From an uncultured bacterium (GTDB taxonomy: Bacteria; Acidobacteriota; Thermoanaerobaculia; Multivoradales; JAHZIX01), in NCBI GenBank assembly GCA_965368975.1, contig CBDUPA010000010.1, positions 160,001 through 224,000 of the forward strand: DNA of 64,000 nucleotides, given 5' to 3'. This document shows positions 29,863 to 38,348 of this stretch, one piece after another; within the stretch, counting starts at the first letter, position 1; each line of letters starts with the position of its first letter. A program made the position numbers and the translations under genes. A model generated the notes under the pieces. That model did not search any database, was not told where the DNA came from, and saw only the letters and a program-made list of their open reading frames with translations.

Positions 29863-30473
29863 AGATCCAGCCGGCGCGTCGCGTCGTGCTCGTGGTCGCC
29901 CTGGCCGGCCTTTTCGGTTGCGACGCCGGCTCCGAATGGGTAGCGGTACCCGGCGGCGACGGAGTCGTCAAGTCGGCCAGCGACGTGCGCGACGCCCGTC
30001 GCGCCTATGACGGAGCACCACCGGTGATCCCGCACGAACCCCTCGGTGCTCCCTGCACCTCCTGCCACAACCAGGAAGGTCTGGCCGTCGTCGATCTCGG
30101 CTACGCCCCGCCGTCGCCCCACGGCCAGACCGCGGGCATGGGCGAGTTCGCGCGCTGCCAGCAATGCCACGTCTTCCAAGCCGAAGTCGGTCCGTGGCGC
30201 GGAAGTCGTTTCGCCAGTCTGCCGGTGCATACGACTCCGCGTGCCGGTACCCGAGCCTATGCCGGTGCCCCCCCCACCCTGCCACACCCGGCCTTCGGCC
30301 ACGAGAACTGCCTGGCCTGCCACAGTGGACCGGCGGCGCGGGAAGAGATCCGCACCACCCACCCGGAGCGTCGACGCTGCCAGCAGTGTCACGTCCCCCA
30401 GGCCTCGACGGCCACCGTCTCCATGACCCCCTTCACCACTGCCGCTGAACCTTCAGGAGCCTCCGCGCTATGA
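29859..30473 (+). CDS. napB: NapB-like cytochrome c lipoprotein with two tandem NapB modules (4 hemes)
   Basis: Lipobox LFGC; RAYDGAPPVIPH...CTSCH...CQQCHV followed by RAYAGAPPTLPH...CLACH...CQQCHVPQ. Confidence 0.75.
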   Translation: MKIQPARRVVLVVALAGLFGCDAGSEWVAVPGGDGVVKSASDVRDARRAYDGAPPVIPHEPLGAPCTSCHNQEGLAVVDLGYAPPSPHGQTAGMGEFARCQQCHVFQAEVGPWRGSRFASLPVHTTPRAGTRAYAGAPPTLPHPAFGHENCLACHSGPAAREEIRTTHPERRRCQQCHVPQASTATVSMTPFTTAAEPSGASAL

Positions 30474-31696
30474 GCCGCATCGCTTGCCTCTGCACCCTGC
30501 TCTCTGCTTCTCTGCTCCTCGCCCTCCTGCTCCACGCTCCGTCCGCGGCCGCCCAGGACGCTCCGCGCTTCTTCCAGGACGGCAAGGTCTCCCTCGACCT
30601 GCGCTACCGCGTCGAGTCGGTCGACGATGATCGCCAGGCCAAAGACGCCTTCGCCTCCACGTTGCGCACCGCTCTCGGTCTGCGCAGTGCCGAAGTGAAT
30701 GGCTTCAGCGTCTACCTGGAAGCCGAGAATGTCACGGCCCTAGGAAATGAAGACGGTTATCGCAATGCTGGTGCCGGCAGCCTGAACAATGGCGTCAGCG
30801 GCCGGCCCGTCGTGGCCGATCCGGAATTGACCGAGGTCAACCAAGCGTACGGCCGCTATCAACGCGAGGGCCTGCAACTGACTCTGGGCCGCCAGGAGAT
30901 CTTGCTCGGCGATCAACGCTATGTCGGCGCGGTCGGCTGGCGTCAGAACCACCAGAGCTTCGACGCTCTACGTCTCGAGTGGAAGGCCAGTGATCGGTTC
31001 CGTCTCGACTACAGCTTCGTCGACAACACCAATCGCATCTTCGGCGACAACAAGCAGATGGCCAGCCACCTGCTCTACCTTCCCGTGCAACTGACAGCTG
31101 ACGTTCAACTCACCGCCTATTCTTTTCTCCTCGACTACGATCGGCCCGCTGACGCGCACCTCTCCACGGCCACCTTCGGGGCCGAGTTGAGCGGCAAGCT
31201 GGCTGCTGGTCAGCTACGTTTCGAGGCCGAGTATGCCAGCCAGCAGGACCACGCCGACAACCCGAATCGCGTGCGGGCGGACTACCTGAAACTGAGCGCC
31301 GGCACATCGCTGGGCTCAGGAACTGGAGGAGTCAACCTCGACGTCGCCTACGAAGTCCTGGAGGGTAGCTTCGAAGACGGTCGTTTCCTGACACCCTTGG
31401 CGACCTTACACAAGTTCAACGGCTGGGCCGACCTCTTCCTGGTGACACCACCCCAGGGCCTGGAAGACCTCAGCATCAGTCTGGCCGGTAAGCAGGGACA
31501 AGTCGCCTGGAGACTCACCTGGCACGATTTCCAGGCCGAGAGCACCAGCATCGACTACGGCCAGGAAATCGACGTCCTGCTCACCTACAAAGCGCCATGG
31601 GGACAGACCTTCGGCGTCAAGGGAATGTTCTACGACGCCGACGATTTCGCGGCGGACATCGCGAAGGTAGCGGTGTGGTCAGGGTTCCGGTTCTGA
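30470..31696 (+). CDS. Outer-membrane beta-barrel, alginate-export (AlgE-like) family
   Basis: Signal peptide; 'LRYRVE', 'NQAY', 'GRQEI...QRYVG..GWRQN.QSFD', 'LATLHKFNGWAD'; C-terminal Phe. Confidence 0.75.
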   Translation: MSRIACLCTLLSASLLLALLLHAPSAAAQDAPRFFQDGKVSLDLRYRVESVDDDRQAKDAFASTLRTALGLRSAEVNGFSVYLEAENVTALGNEDGYRNAGAGSLNNGVSGRPVVADPELTEVNQAYGRYQREGLQLTLGRQEILLGDQRYVGAVGWRQNHQSFDALRLEWKASDRFRLDYSFVDNTNRIFGDNKQMASHLLYLPVQLTADVQLTAYSFLLDYDRPADAHLSTATFGAELSGKLAAGQLRFEAEYASQQDHADNPNRVRADYLKLSAGTSLGSGTGGVNLDVAYEVLEGSFEDGRFLTPLATLHKFNGWADLFLVTPPQGLEDLSISLAGKQGQVAWRLTWHDFQAESTSIDYGQEIDVLLTYKAPWGQTFGVKGMFYDADDFAADIAKVAVWSGFRF

Positions 31697-31887
31697 GGCA
31701 GAGCGAGCTCTGACTGATTGGCCGTGCTTTCGTCGAGGTAGAACTTCGGCCTTCCAGCGGCGTACAGAAAGCAGATGACTTCGCCGTTGACGTCAACGAA
31801 GTACCGGTTGGACCGGGGCTTCGGCCAACGTTGACTACCCTGAGCCTACAAGCTCGACCTTCGACTCACTCTGCTCTGGAGACCACA

Positions 31888-32058
31888 ATGAAGAAATCCT
31901 ATCGACACACGCGCAAGAAGCTCAGCCTGCACCGGGAAACGCTGCACGAGCTGGCTTTGATCGAGGTGGAGGGTGGCACCGGCACGACCACAACCACCCT
32001 GACCCTGACGACCATCTATACCCGTTCGGACATCTTCCCCGAGTGCATTGTGGTCTGA
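31888..32058 (+). CDS. Putative RiPP (lanthipeptide-like) precursor 1, 56 aa
   Basis: GGAG RBS, ATG at 31888; MKKSYRHTRKKLSLHRETLHELALIEVEGG|TGTTTTTLTLTTIYTRSDIFPECIVV; own terminator; leader shared with 40894..41127. Confidence 0.72.
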   Translation: MKKSYRHTRKKLSLHRETLHELALIEVEGGTGTTTTTLTLTTIYTRSDIFPECIVV

Positions 32059-32078
32059 AACCTGCCGCTAGAACAGGA

Positions 32079-32113
32079 AACCCCGCCGAGCAGGAGCCTC
32101 GTTTGGCGGGGTT
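32079..32113. terminator. Hairpin between precursor 1 and the convergent amylase gene
   Basis: aaccccgccgagc...gtttggcggggtt. Confidence 0.6.
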
Positions 32114-32166
32114 CTCTCGTCTGGGACCGAAGGCCTGGTTTTTCAGGCGAGTTCGTGCTTCCGCCG

Positions 32167-35100
32167 TCAGAGTGAGCCATCCAAGACCTGCAGGGCGTCC
32201 GCCAGCTCCAGCACTCGGTAGCCTGAAAGTTGCTCCGCCGCGGCCAAGCCCTCGATAATCGCAGCCGCATGCTGCAACTCCGAATCATCCCTTTCCGTCT
32301 CGTCTTCGACTGCGGCCAGTTGAACAGCCGCCGTGGCAGCCAACCACCAGAGCAGCTCGGCGAACTCCTCCTGGCCGAACCAGTCGACCTCATCGAAACG
32401 GTTGATGCCGAGGAAGCGGCGGACGTCAGGGTCCTGAAGCCAGATAGCGGCGTCGAAGCTGCGCCACCAACGTGGACGACCGGCGAGCAAAGAAACGGCA
32501 CCAGCCTGGATCTCGGCAGTCTCCGGCGCGACACCGAGGTCGAGCAGAGTGTCACGAACGACGCGATCGAGCAGCCACGTGTCGAAGAGCTCGCGGCTGG
32601 TCAAGCCACTATCGTCGGGGTCCAAGAGACGTCCTAGCGGATGCAGGACTATCCAAGCAGCCAGAGAAAAACGGCCAGCGGGCGCCGGAGCAAATCGCAG
32701 CAAGGTGTCGAGTGGGGTCTCGGTAGCGCTCCCTTGGGAAATCTTCGCAGAGGATGCTGGTGCACCAAGCACCGGCACCGTCGCTGCCGGCTCGTCGCGG
32801 TCTGCCATGATCCCAGGCAACGGAGTCCCAGGCGACGGAGTCCCAGGCGACGGAGTCCCGGGTACCGTGTGCTCCGGCAGAGTGTGCAGACGTCGCAGTA
32901 GTGTCAGGATCTCTTCGACCATCGACTCCACCTCGGTGGCCTCTTCCCCGGGCGTCTCAGCGTCGAGCGCTTCAGCGTCGCGAGTCTGAGCATCACGCGC
33001 CTGAACATCTACAGCAGCCTCTGGGACCACCTGCGCAGTAGCGTCGTCCGCTTCTCGCAGTAAACGCCGCACCGCGGCTAACGCCTGGTTCAGTTCGGTG
33101 CGCACCGCCTGGAGTACCTCGACTTCACTCTTCTCTGGCGCCTCTAGAGGACCCAACCACAACCGTCGCAAGGGCTCCGCGCCCAGCAGGCGGCGCAGCG
33201 GCTCCTGCACCGGTGCGGCACGCAGTTCGGCCAACGCGTCGTCCAGACTGGGCACGCCTCGAATACCAATCATCTGCCAGAGGCGCTGATAGCGGCCGGC
33301 GGCGTCATCCGTGACCTCGTGTAGGTCGACCAGGACGCGACGCTCGTAAGGGCCGAGGCGTAGGGAAAAGCCTCGCATCACGACTTCGCTACTGGGGCGC
33401 AGGTATTCGCGGCCTTCGATCAGATCGCGGGCCAGCAAGAAGCGTCGGCCTGGCCCCTCCACACTTCCGGCTCCGGGGCGCAACTGCAGCGCTTCGCCGA
33501 GCGTCGAGTGCACCAGGACCCCTTCTCCACCGTCCACCTTCGCGCGCCAGGCGACCGAGTGGTGTGCGTACCCTTCGGTAAACGCCGGTGTGTTGTGCAC
33601 GAAGACCAGCGCTGCCTCCTCGTCGTAGCGATTGGAGAGCGCATAGACATCTTCGTTCACGCTGCCGTCCGTGCTCTGGAAATTGTAGAGCCGGAAGTGC
33701 GTGACCTCCGCGAAAATCCGGCGCAACAGTAGCAGCGGTACGATCTCATGCTCATGGCGTTCGATCAACTCCGTGTCGACAGCCTCGTCGTGGTAGGCAC
33801 GGGCGTACTCCATGCCGTACTTCTCGCGCAGCCCCTCGAACTGGCCATGGCCGAACATCGGTAGTCCGGGCAGAGTCGCCATCAGCGTGCAGACGCAGAA
33901 GTACTTCTCGCTCGTACCGACCTGCACCGCCGCCGGCTCTTCGTCCGGTGTTGTCAAATAGTTGACGAATCGCTTGAGCACTTCCGGATCGAATTCCAAC
34001 GTGTTGCGCAGAGTTTGACGGAACTTGGCGTTTTCCTCGTCGCGCAGCATGTGCATGAAGGCACTGTTGTACACCCGGTGCATGCCCAGCGTGCGCACAA
34101 AGTACCCCTCCATCAGCCAGAAGGCCTCGGCCAGCAGCAGGGTGTCCGGCACCTCAGCCGCAACACGGTCGACTACCTCACGCCAGAACTCCTCTGGGAT
34201 GCACCGTTGGAAGGCCTCCTCCGAGATGGCATGCTCGGCGCGCGACGGGATCGCCCCTCCCTGACCGGGCTTGGGATACCACAGGCGCTGGATGTGCCGC
34301 TTGGCCAAGGTCATGGCGGCGTCGAAGCGGATCACCGAGAAGCGGCGCGCAACATTCAGGATAGTCTGAATCACCGCTTCGCGGGCGTCCGGGTCGAGGT
34401 AGTCCAGCTGGGCAGTATCGTTCCAAGGGATCGAGGTGCCGTCGTTGCCGTGGTAGACGTAGCGCACCTCGTCCGTACTGACGTCCCGGCGCTGGAAGAC
34501 GACCGCAGCGTCGGTACGGTCGAAGTAGTGGTCCTCTAGCCGTACCTCGACGCGTGCATCGTCGCACAGGTCCTCACCGGTGAAGCGATAGTTGGGATAG
34601 GGACTGTACGGCAGGGACAGGAACCGCTCTGGATGCTTGACGATCCACTCCGAGTCAATACCGGTGTGATTGGGCACCATGTCGCACGCCAAGCGGATGC
34701 CCAGCGCCTCGGCGCGCCGGCGCAGATCGTCCCAGGCATCATCCCCGCCCAGCGTCTCGGCGACGCGGTAGGACCGTAGCGAATACGCCGACGATGCCGC
34801 CTCTGGGTTGCCACACAGCTGCTTGACTCGCTGCGACGCTGGACTCCGTTCCCAGATCCCGATCAACCACAAAGAGTTGAAACCACGGCGGGCCAAGCGG
34901 TCGAGTTCGGCGTCGGGGATCTGGTCGAGGCGCTCTATGTCGGTGCCGTACTCGACGCTCAGCTGATGCAGCCAGACATACGTGTTCTTGGCCAGCAGCA
35001 CGACTTCGGGCATCCAGTCTCGATCCTGACTGAAATGCTCCTCGTCGTCGTCCTGGCCAGCGTAGTCATTGACCGGCGGAGGTCCCGGCGGTGGCCCCGG

Positions 35101-35967
35101 AGCCGCTCCCGCCGACCGAAACGAGGGCTTGGACTCCTCCTTGATCACGTCCATGGCCACCAGCAAGCGATCGCTTTGCCGCTCGGACCAACCGCTCCCT
35201 AGCCAGCCACTATCCAGGAGCCAACGGAGCTGTTCGGTCAATGACTCCGGAGCCTGCTGGATCGGCTCCAGCAGGGCGTCGAAGAGGCTCAGGGTCGGGG
35301 CACGGTCGCTTCTTGACACTGCACCAGCGTCCGGACCCGTTTCTATAGCTGGCGGCATGCCTTCGAAGAACTCGCCCAGACTCCCTACGATCTCCCGGTA
35401 GCCCACATCAGCTTCCAGCTCCGCATCGTCGAACAGTTCAGCTAGCGGGTCGAAGGCCGGATTCTGGTTGGCCAGCCACAGCATCAGCAACTCTTCGAGC
35501 ACGATCTGCCGGTGAGATACTCCGGCCGTCTCCTGCTCCAAGTACTCCGCGACCGTCAACTCACCCCGAACCACCGGCATCGAGGGAAAGAGTTCCAAGA
35601 ACCGCCGCAGAGCATGCTCGACCCGATGCTCGCCGAAACGAAGCTCTAGCCAGGACAGCGCCTCGCCCACGACGTCGCCGTCATGCCGCTGCCGGTACTG
35701 GGCGAACAGATGGTGCCAGAGTTCGTCGATCAAGCCGGCCGCATTGAGCGCGCCCGCACTGATCCCCCGCTCCGGATGGCGCAGGACATCCCGCTCTTGG
35801 TTGATTCGCTGCACCAACTCCCGCGCCGCACCCAGGTTGGCAACGACGATATTGCCGTGAAGCGAGAACAACAGCTCATCGACGCCATAGCGCTCTCGGG
35901 CACCTTTGGAGATGTGCAACTCCCTCACCACCTGCCCATAGGCTCTGGGCTGCCACCTCTCTACCAT
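32167..35967 (-). CDS. Large alpha-amylase family (GH13) protein
   Basis: DMVPNH (region I), RFDAAM (nucleophile), LAEAFW (acid/base), TTPDE, LPGLPMFGHGQ. Confidence 0.85.
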   Translation of the reverse strand: MVERWQPRAYGQVVRELHISKGARERYGVDELLFSLHGNIVVANLGAARELVQRINQERDVLRHPERGISAGALNAAGLIDELWHHLFAQYRQRHDGDVVGEALSWLELRFGEHRVEHALRRFLELFPSMPVVRGELTVAEYLEQETAGVSHRQIVLEELLMLWLANQNPAFDPLAELFDDAELEADVGYREIVGSLGEFFEGMPPAIETGPDAGAVSRSDRAPTLSLFDALLEPIQQAPESLTEQLRWLLDSGWLGSGWSERQSDRLLVAMDVIKEESKPSFRSAGAAPGPPPGPPPVNDYAGQDDDEEHFSQDRDWMPEVVLLAKNTYVWLHQLSVEYGTDIERLDQIPDAELDRLARRGFNSLWLIGIWERSPASQRVKQLCGNPEAASSAYSLRSYRVAETLGGDDAWDDLRRRAEALGIRLACDMVPNHTGIDSEWIVKHPERFLSLPYSPYPNYRFTGEDLCDDARVEVRLEDHYFDRTDAAVVFQRRDVSTDEVRYVYHGNDGTSIPWNDTAQLDYLDPDAREAVIQTILNVARRFSVIRFDAAMTLAKRHIQRLWYPKPGQGGAIPSRAEHAISEEAFQRCIPEEFWREVVDRVAAEVPDTLLLAEAFWLMEGYFVRTLGMHRVYNSAFMHMLRDEENAKFRQTLRNTLEFDPEVLKRFVNYLTTPDEEPAAVQVGTSEKYFCVCTLMATLPGLPMFGHGQFEGLREKYGMEYARAYHDEAVDTELIERHEHEIVPLLLLRRIFAEVTHFRLYNFQSTDGSVNEDVYALSNRYDEEAALVFVHNTPAFTEGYAHHSVAWRAKVDGGEGVLVHSTLGEALQLRPGAGSVEGPGRRFLLARDLIEGREYLRPSSEVVMRGFSLRLGPYERRVLVDLHEVTDDAAGRYQRLWQMIGIRGVPSLDDALAELRAAPVQEPLRRLLGAEPLRRLWLGPLEAPEKSEVEVLQAVRTELNQALAAVRRLLREADDATAQVVPEAAVDVQARDAQTRDAEALDAETPGEEATEVESMVEEILTLLRRLHTLPEHTVPGTPSPGTPSPGTPLPGIMADRDEPAATVPVLGAPASSAKISQGSATETPLDTLLRFAPAPAGRFSLAAWIVLHPLGRLLDPDDSGLTSRELFDTWLLDRVVRDTLLDLGVAPETAEIQAGAVSLLAGRPRWWRSFDAAIWLQDPDVRRFLGINRFDEVDWFGQEEFAELLWWLAATAAVQLAAVEDETERDDSELQHAAAIIEGLAAAEQLSGYRVLELADALQVLDGSL
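32811..32860. repeat. 15-bp tandem repeat x3 within the amylase CDS (PGTPS repeats)
   Basis: tcccaggcaacggag / tcccaggcgacggag / tcccaggcgacggag. Confidence 0.85.
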
Positions 35968-36047
35968 GTGCTATTTTCTTGGCTCCGCATTCCGTGCCCA
36001 CATTAGCAGAGACCCCGAACCCGGCAAAGCCGACAAGACGTAGAAGC

Positions 36048-38348
36048 ATGAAGCAATTTCGATCCCTTCTCTTGACAGCTATGAGTAGCTTCTTCTGCCT
36101 CTGGCCCTTGCAGTCGGCAGCTCAGGAGGTCATGACCTTCACCGCGTCAGATCCTCTCCGTGAGCAGCAAGTCAATCAGTTCTTCCAGCACCATCTGCTT
36201 GGCGGAGCAGGAATCTCGCTGCTCGACCCGACTGCTTTCACTTGGCGCGAATGGAGCGCACTCACCCTTGGACCTGTGGGTTGGATCGGTTCTAGTCAGA
36301 ATGTATTGTCCAGCCTCGGAACCTCTCTGATCGAGAACTCGATGACCGATTCTGGCTATGTCTGGAGGTCCGGTGCCGAACCTGGTGGTTGGAACTTCCC
36401 TAACTACACGATGGCCCCCGAGTACCTCACGGGCTACACGTTCGACCAAAACGGTAATACAGAGGGCTGGAGCCTTGTGAACATCCCCAGCAGTACACCT
36501 CAAGGTGGCATCTGGCAACTCTCGGTCCCGGATCCGGATCCCTGGATGGTCTCTCCTACCGTCAGCGTGGATCCCTTCCACGCTCAGTTCCTGAGAGTTG
36601 ACATGGCGTCCAACTCGGCCAGCGACGTTGGACAAGTCTTCTGGAAGAGAACGACGGACTCGGGGTTCAGTCAGGAACGTTCTCTGCCTTTGACCGTCCG
36701 CAACGACGGCGCAATGCATCGCTACTACGTGCCTATGCACGAACATCCTCTCTGGACGGGCACTATCCGGCAGATTCGTATCGATCCGACATCGTCGGGT
36801 GCGAGTGGAGAAACCATCTCGATAGATCGAATCTCATTCGAATACGACGGCCGCATGGCCACCACTAGCGCTATCTATGCGTTGGCAGCTTGGCGCTACT
36901 ACAGTTGGACTGGAAACCAGTGGATCTTCACTTCCACTAACCAGACGCCCCAAGGCAGTATCTTCGACCGAGCCAGACTCGCCGTACAATTCTTGATGTC
37001 TCAGCTCGACGGCTCGGTCAGTAGCAGTGACTTAGCAAAGGCTCACATCATTCTCGTTCCCTGGGCCGGACACGACGGCCGACCAGGAAAGATCAACGGA
37101 ACTCTCAACAAGGGACACGGCCTCCAATCACAGCATTGGATCGACAATCTACCCATCGGGCACGAGAGTGCCCACGCTACTGTCTTCTACTATGCCGCCG
37201 TTCGAGCTCTAGCCGAGCTCGAGAGAGTTCGAGAAGCGCATCCCGGCTGGGGAGTTGCTGCCAACCCGTTCGGCTACACCGCTGCTTCGCTCGAAGCGAA
37301 GGCTTCTGCGATCCAAGACAGCCTGCGCAACAACTTCTGGTTGGGAGGCAAGGGGCGCCTGATGGCATGCCGAGATATTGACAATGTCATCAGGGACCCG
37401 GGCTTGATTCCACTGAATCTGGAGGCCATCTTCTACGAGGCGATCGATGACTTCCGAGCAGACCGGGTTCTGGAGTGGCTGAACGGTGAAAGGCAGGTCA
37501 GCACAGACACCTCTCAGGGAAGCGATCTCTACGCTTGGAGACTGGCACCCAGAGTCACGACAGTTCCGGTGGACGACTGGTACATCTGGCCCATGTACCA
37601 CTGGTTCGGCCTGAACACAGCTCCGGGATTTGGCCAGCAGCTCGCCAACGGAGGAAGTTCTCTGCACCTAACGTTCTTCGACATTTGGAGCCGGATTCGG
37701 CATCGAGGAGCAGACAACGCCTGGAGCCGGTTCGTTGCAGTACTCGACTGGTTTCAGGAGACCCAGAACGCGGGTGGTTACGACGCCTACTACAATGTGC
37801 ATCCAGGAACCCCTCAATGCACCCTCGACCCGAGCGAAGGTATCGGAACCCTCGGCGTGAACTGTGAGTTTCCCGAGTCCGTGCTCGCACCTCTGAGCTT
37901 TCTCTACGGCTTCCTCGGAATCACAGCGACGGCTGAGAACCTGACGATCGATCCGGCGCTACCGGCAGACCTGACCTACGCGGGAGTCCAGAGACTCTTC
38001 TTCCGCCAGCATTTCTACGACGTAACCGTATTTCGTGATGCGATGTCACCCGTACGCATTGCGACACACGCCGGTCCGGACTTGCCTCTCCCCAATGCTC
38101 CTCACGCTCTCCCGATTCGAATTGGTGGCCTGCAACCGAACTCGTCCTATTCGTTGGAGGTCACGAACCTGGACCTTGGTTCGACGACAGTTGGCAGTGT
38201 CGCCTCAAGCATCGACGGTTTTCTCGAGCTAGCAATCTCGATGCCCGCAAATGCACAGTTCGTTCTCCGCAAGGGGCAGGAAAACGCCATTTTCTCGGAC
38301 GACTTCGAGTCCGGAGATCTCTTTGCTTGGGCGTTGGTATCGAACTAG
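36048..38348 (+). CDS. Secreted glycoside-hydrolase-like protein (probable (alpha/alpha)6 fold with CBM-like insert) with C-terminal IFSDDFESGD motif
   Basis: Signal peptide; beta-sandwich-like block (WTGTIRQIRIDP); helical block (FWLGGKGRL..CRD; FPESVLAP..FLYGFLGI..LTIDPALP). Confidence 0.55.
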   Translation: MKQFRSLLLTAMSSFFCLWPLQSAAQEVMTFTASDPLREQQVNQFFQHHLLGGAGISLLDPTAFTWREWSALTLGPVGWIGSSQNVLSSLGTSLIENSMTDSGYVWRSGAEPGGWNFPNYTMAPEYLTGYTFDQNGNTEGWSLVNIPSSTPQGGIWQLSVPDPDPWMVSPTVSVDPFHAQFLRVDMASNSASDVGQVFWKRTTDSGFSQERSLPLTVRNDGAMHRYYVPMHEHPLWTGTIRQIRIDPTSSGASGETISIDRISFEYDGRMATTSAIYALAAWRYYSWTGNQWIFTSTNQTPQGSIFDRARLAVQFLMSQLDGSVSSSDLAKAHIILVPWAGHDGRPGKINGTLNKGHGLQSQHWIDNLPIGHESAHATVFYYAAVRALAELERVREAHPGWGVAANPFGYTAASLEAKASAIQDSLRNNFWLGGKGRLMACRDIDNVIRDPGLIPLNLEAIFYEAIDDFRADRVLEWLNGERQVSTDTSQGSDLYAWRLAPRVTTVPVDDWYIWPMYHWFGLNTAPGFGQQLANGGSSLHLTFFDIWSRIRHRGADNAWSRFVAVLDWFQETQNAGGYDAYYNVHPGTPQCTLDPSEGIGTLGVNCEFPESVLAPLSFLYGFLGITATAENLTIDPALPADLTYAGVQRLFFRQHFYDVTVFRDAMSPVRIATHAGPDLPLPNAPHALPIRIGGLQPNSSYSLEVTNLDLGSTTVGSVASSIDGFLELAISMPANAQFVLRKGQENAIFSDDFESGDLFAWALVSN

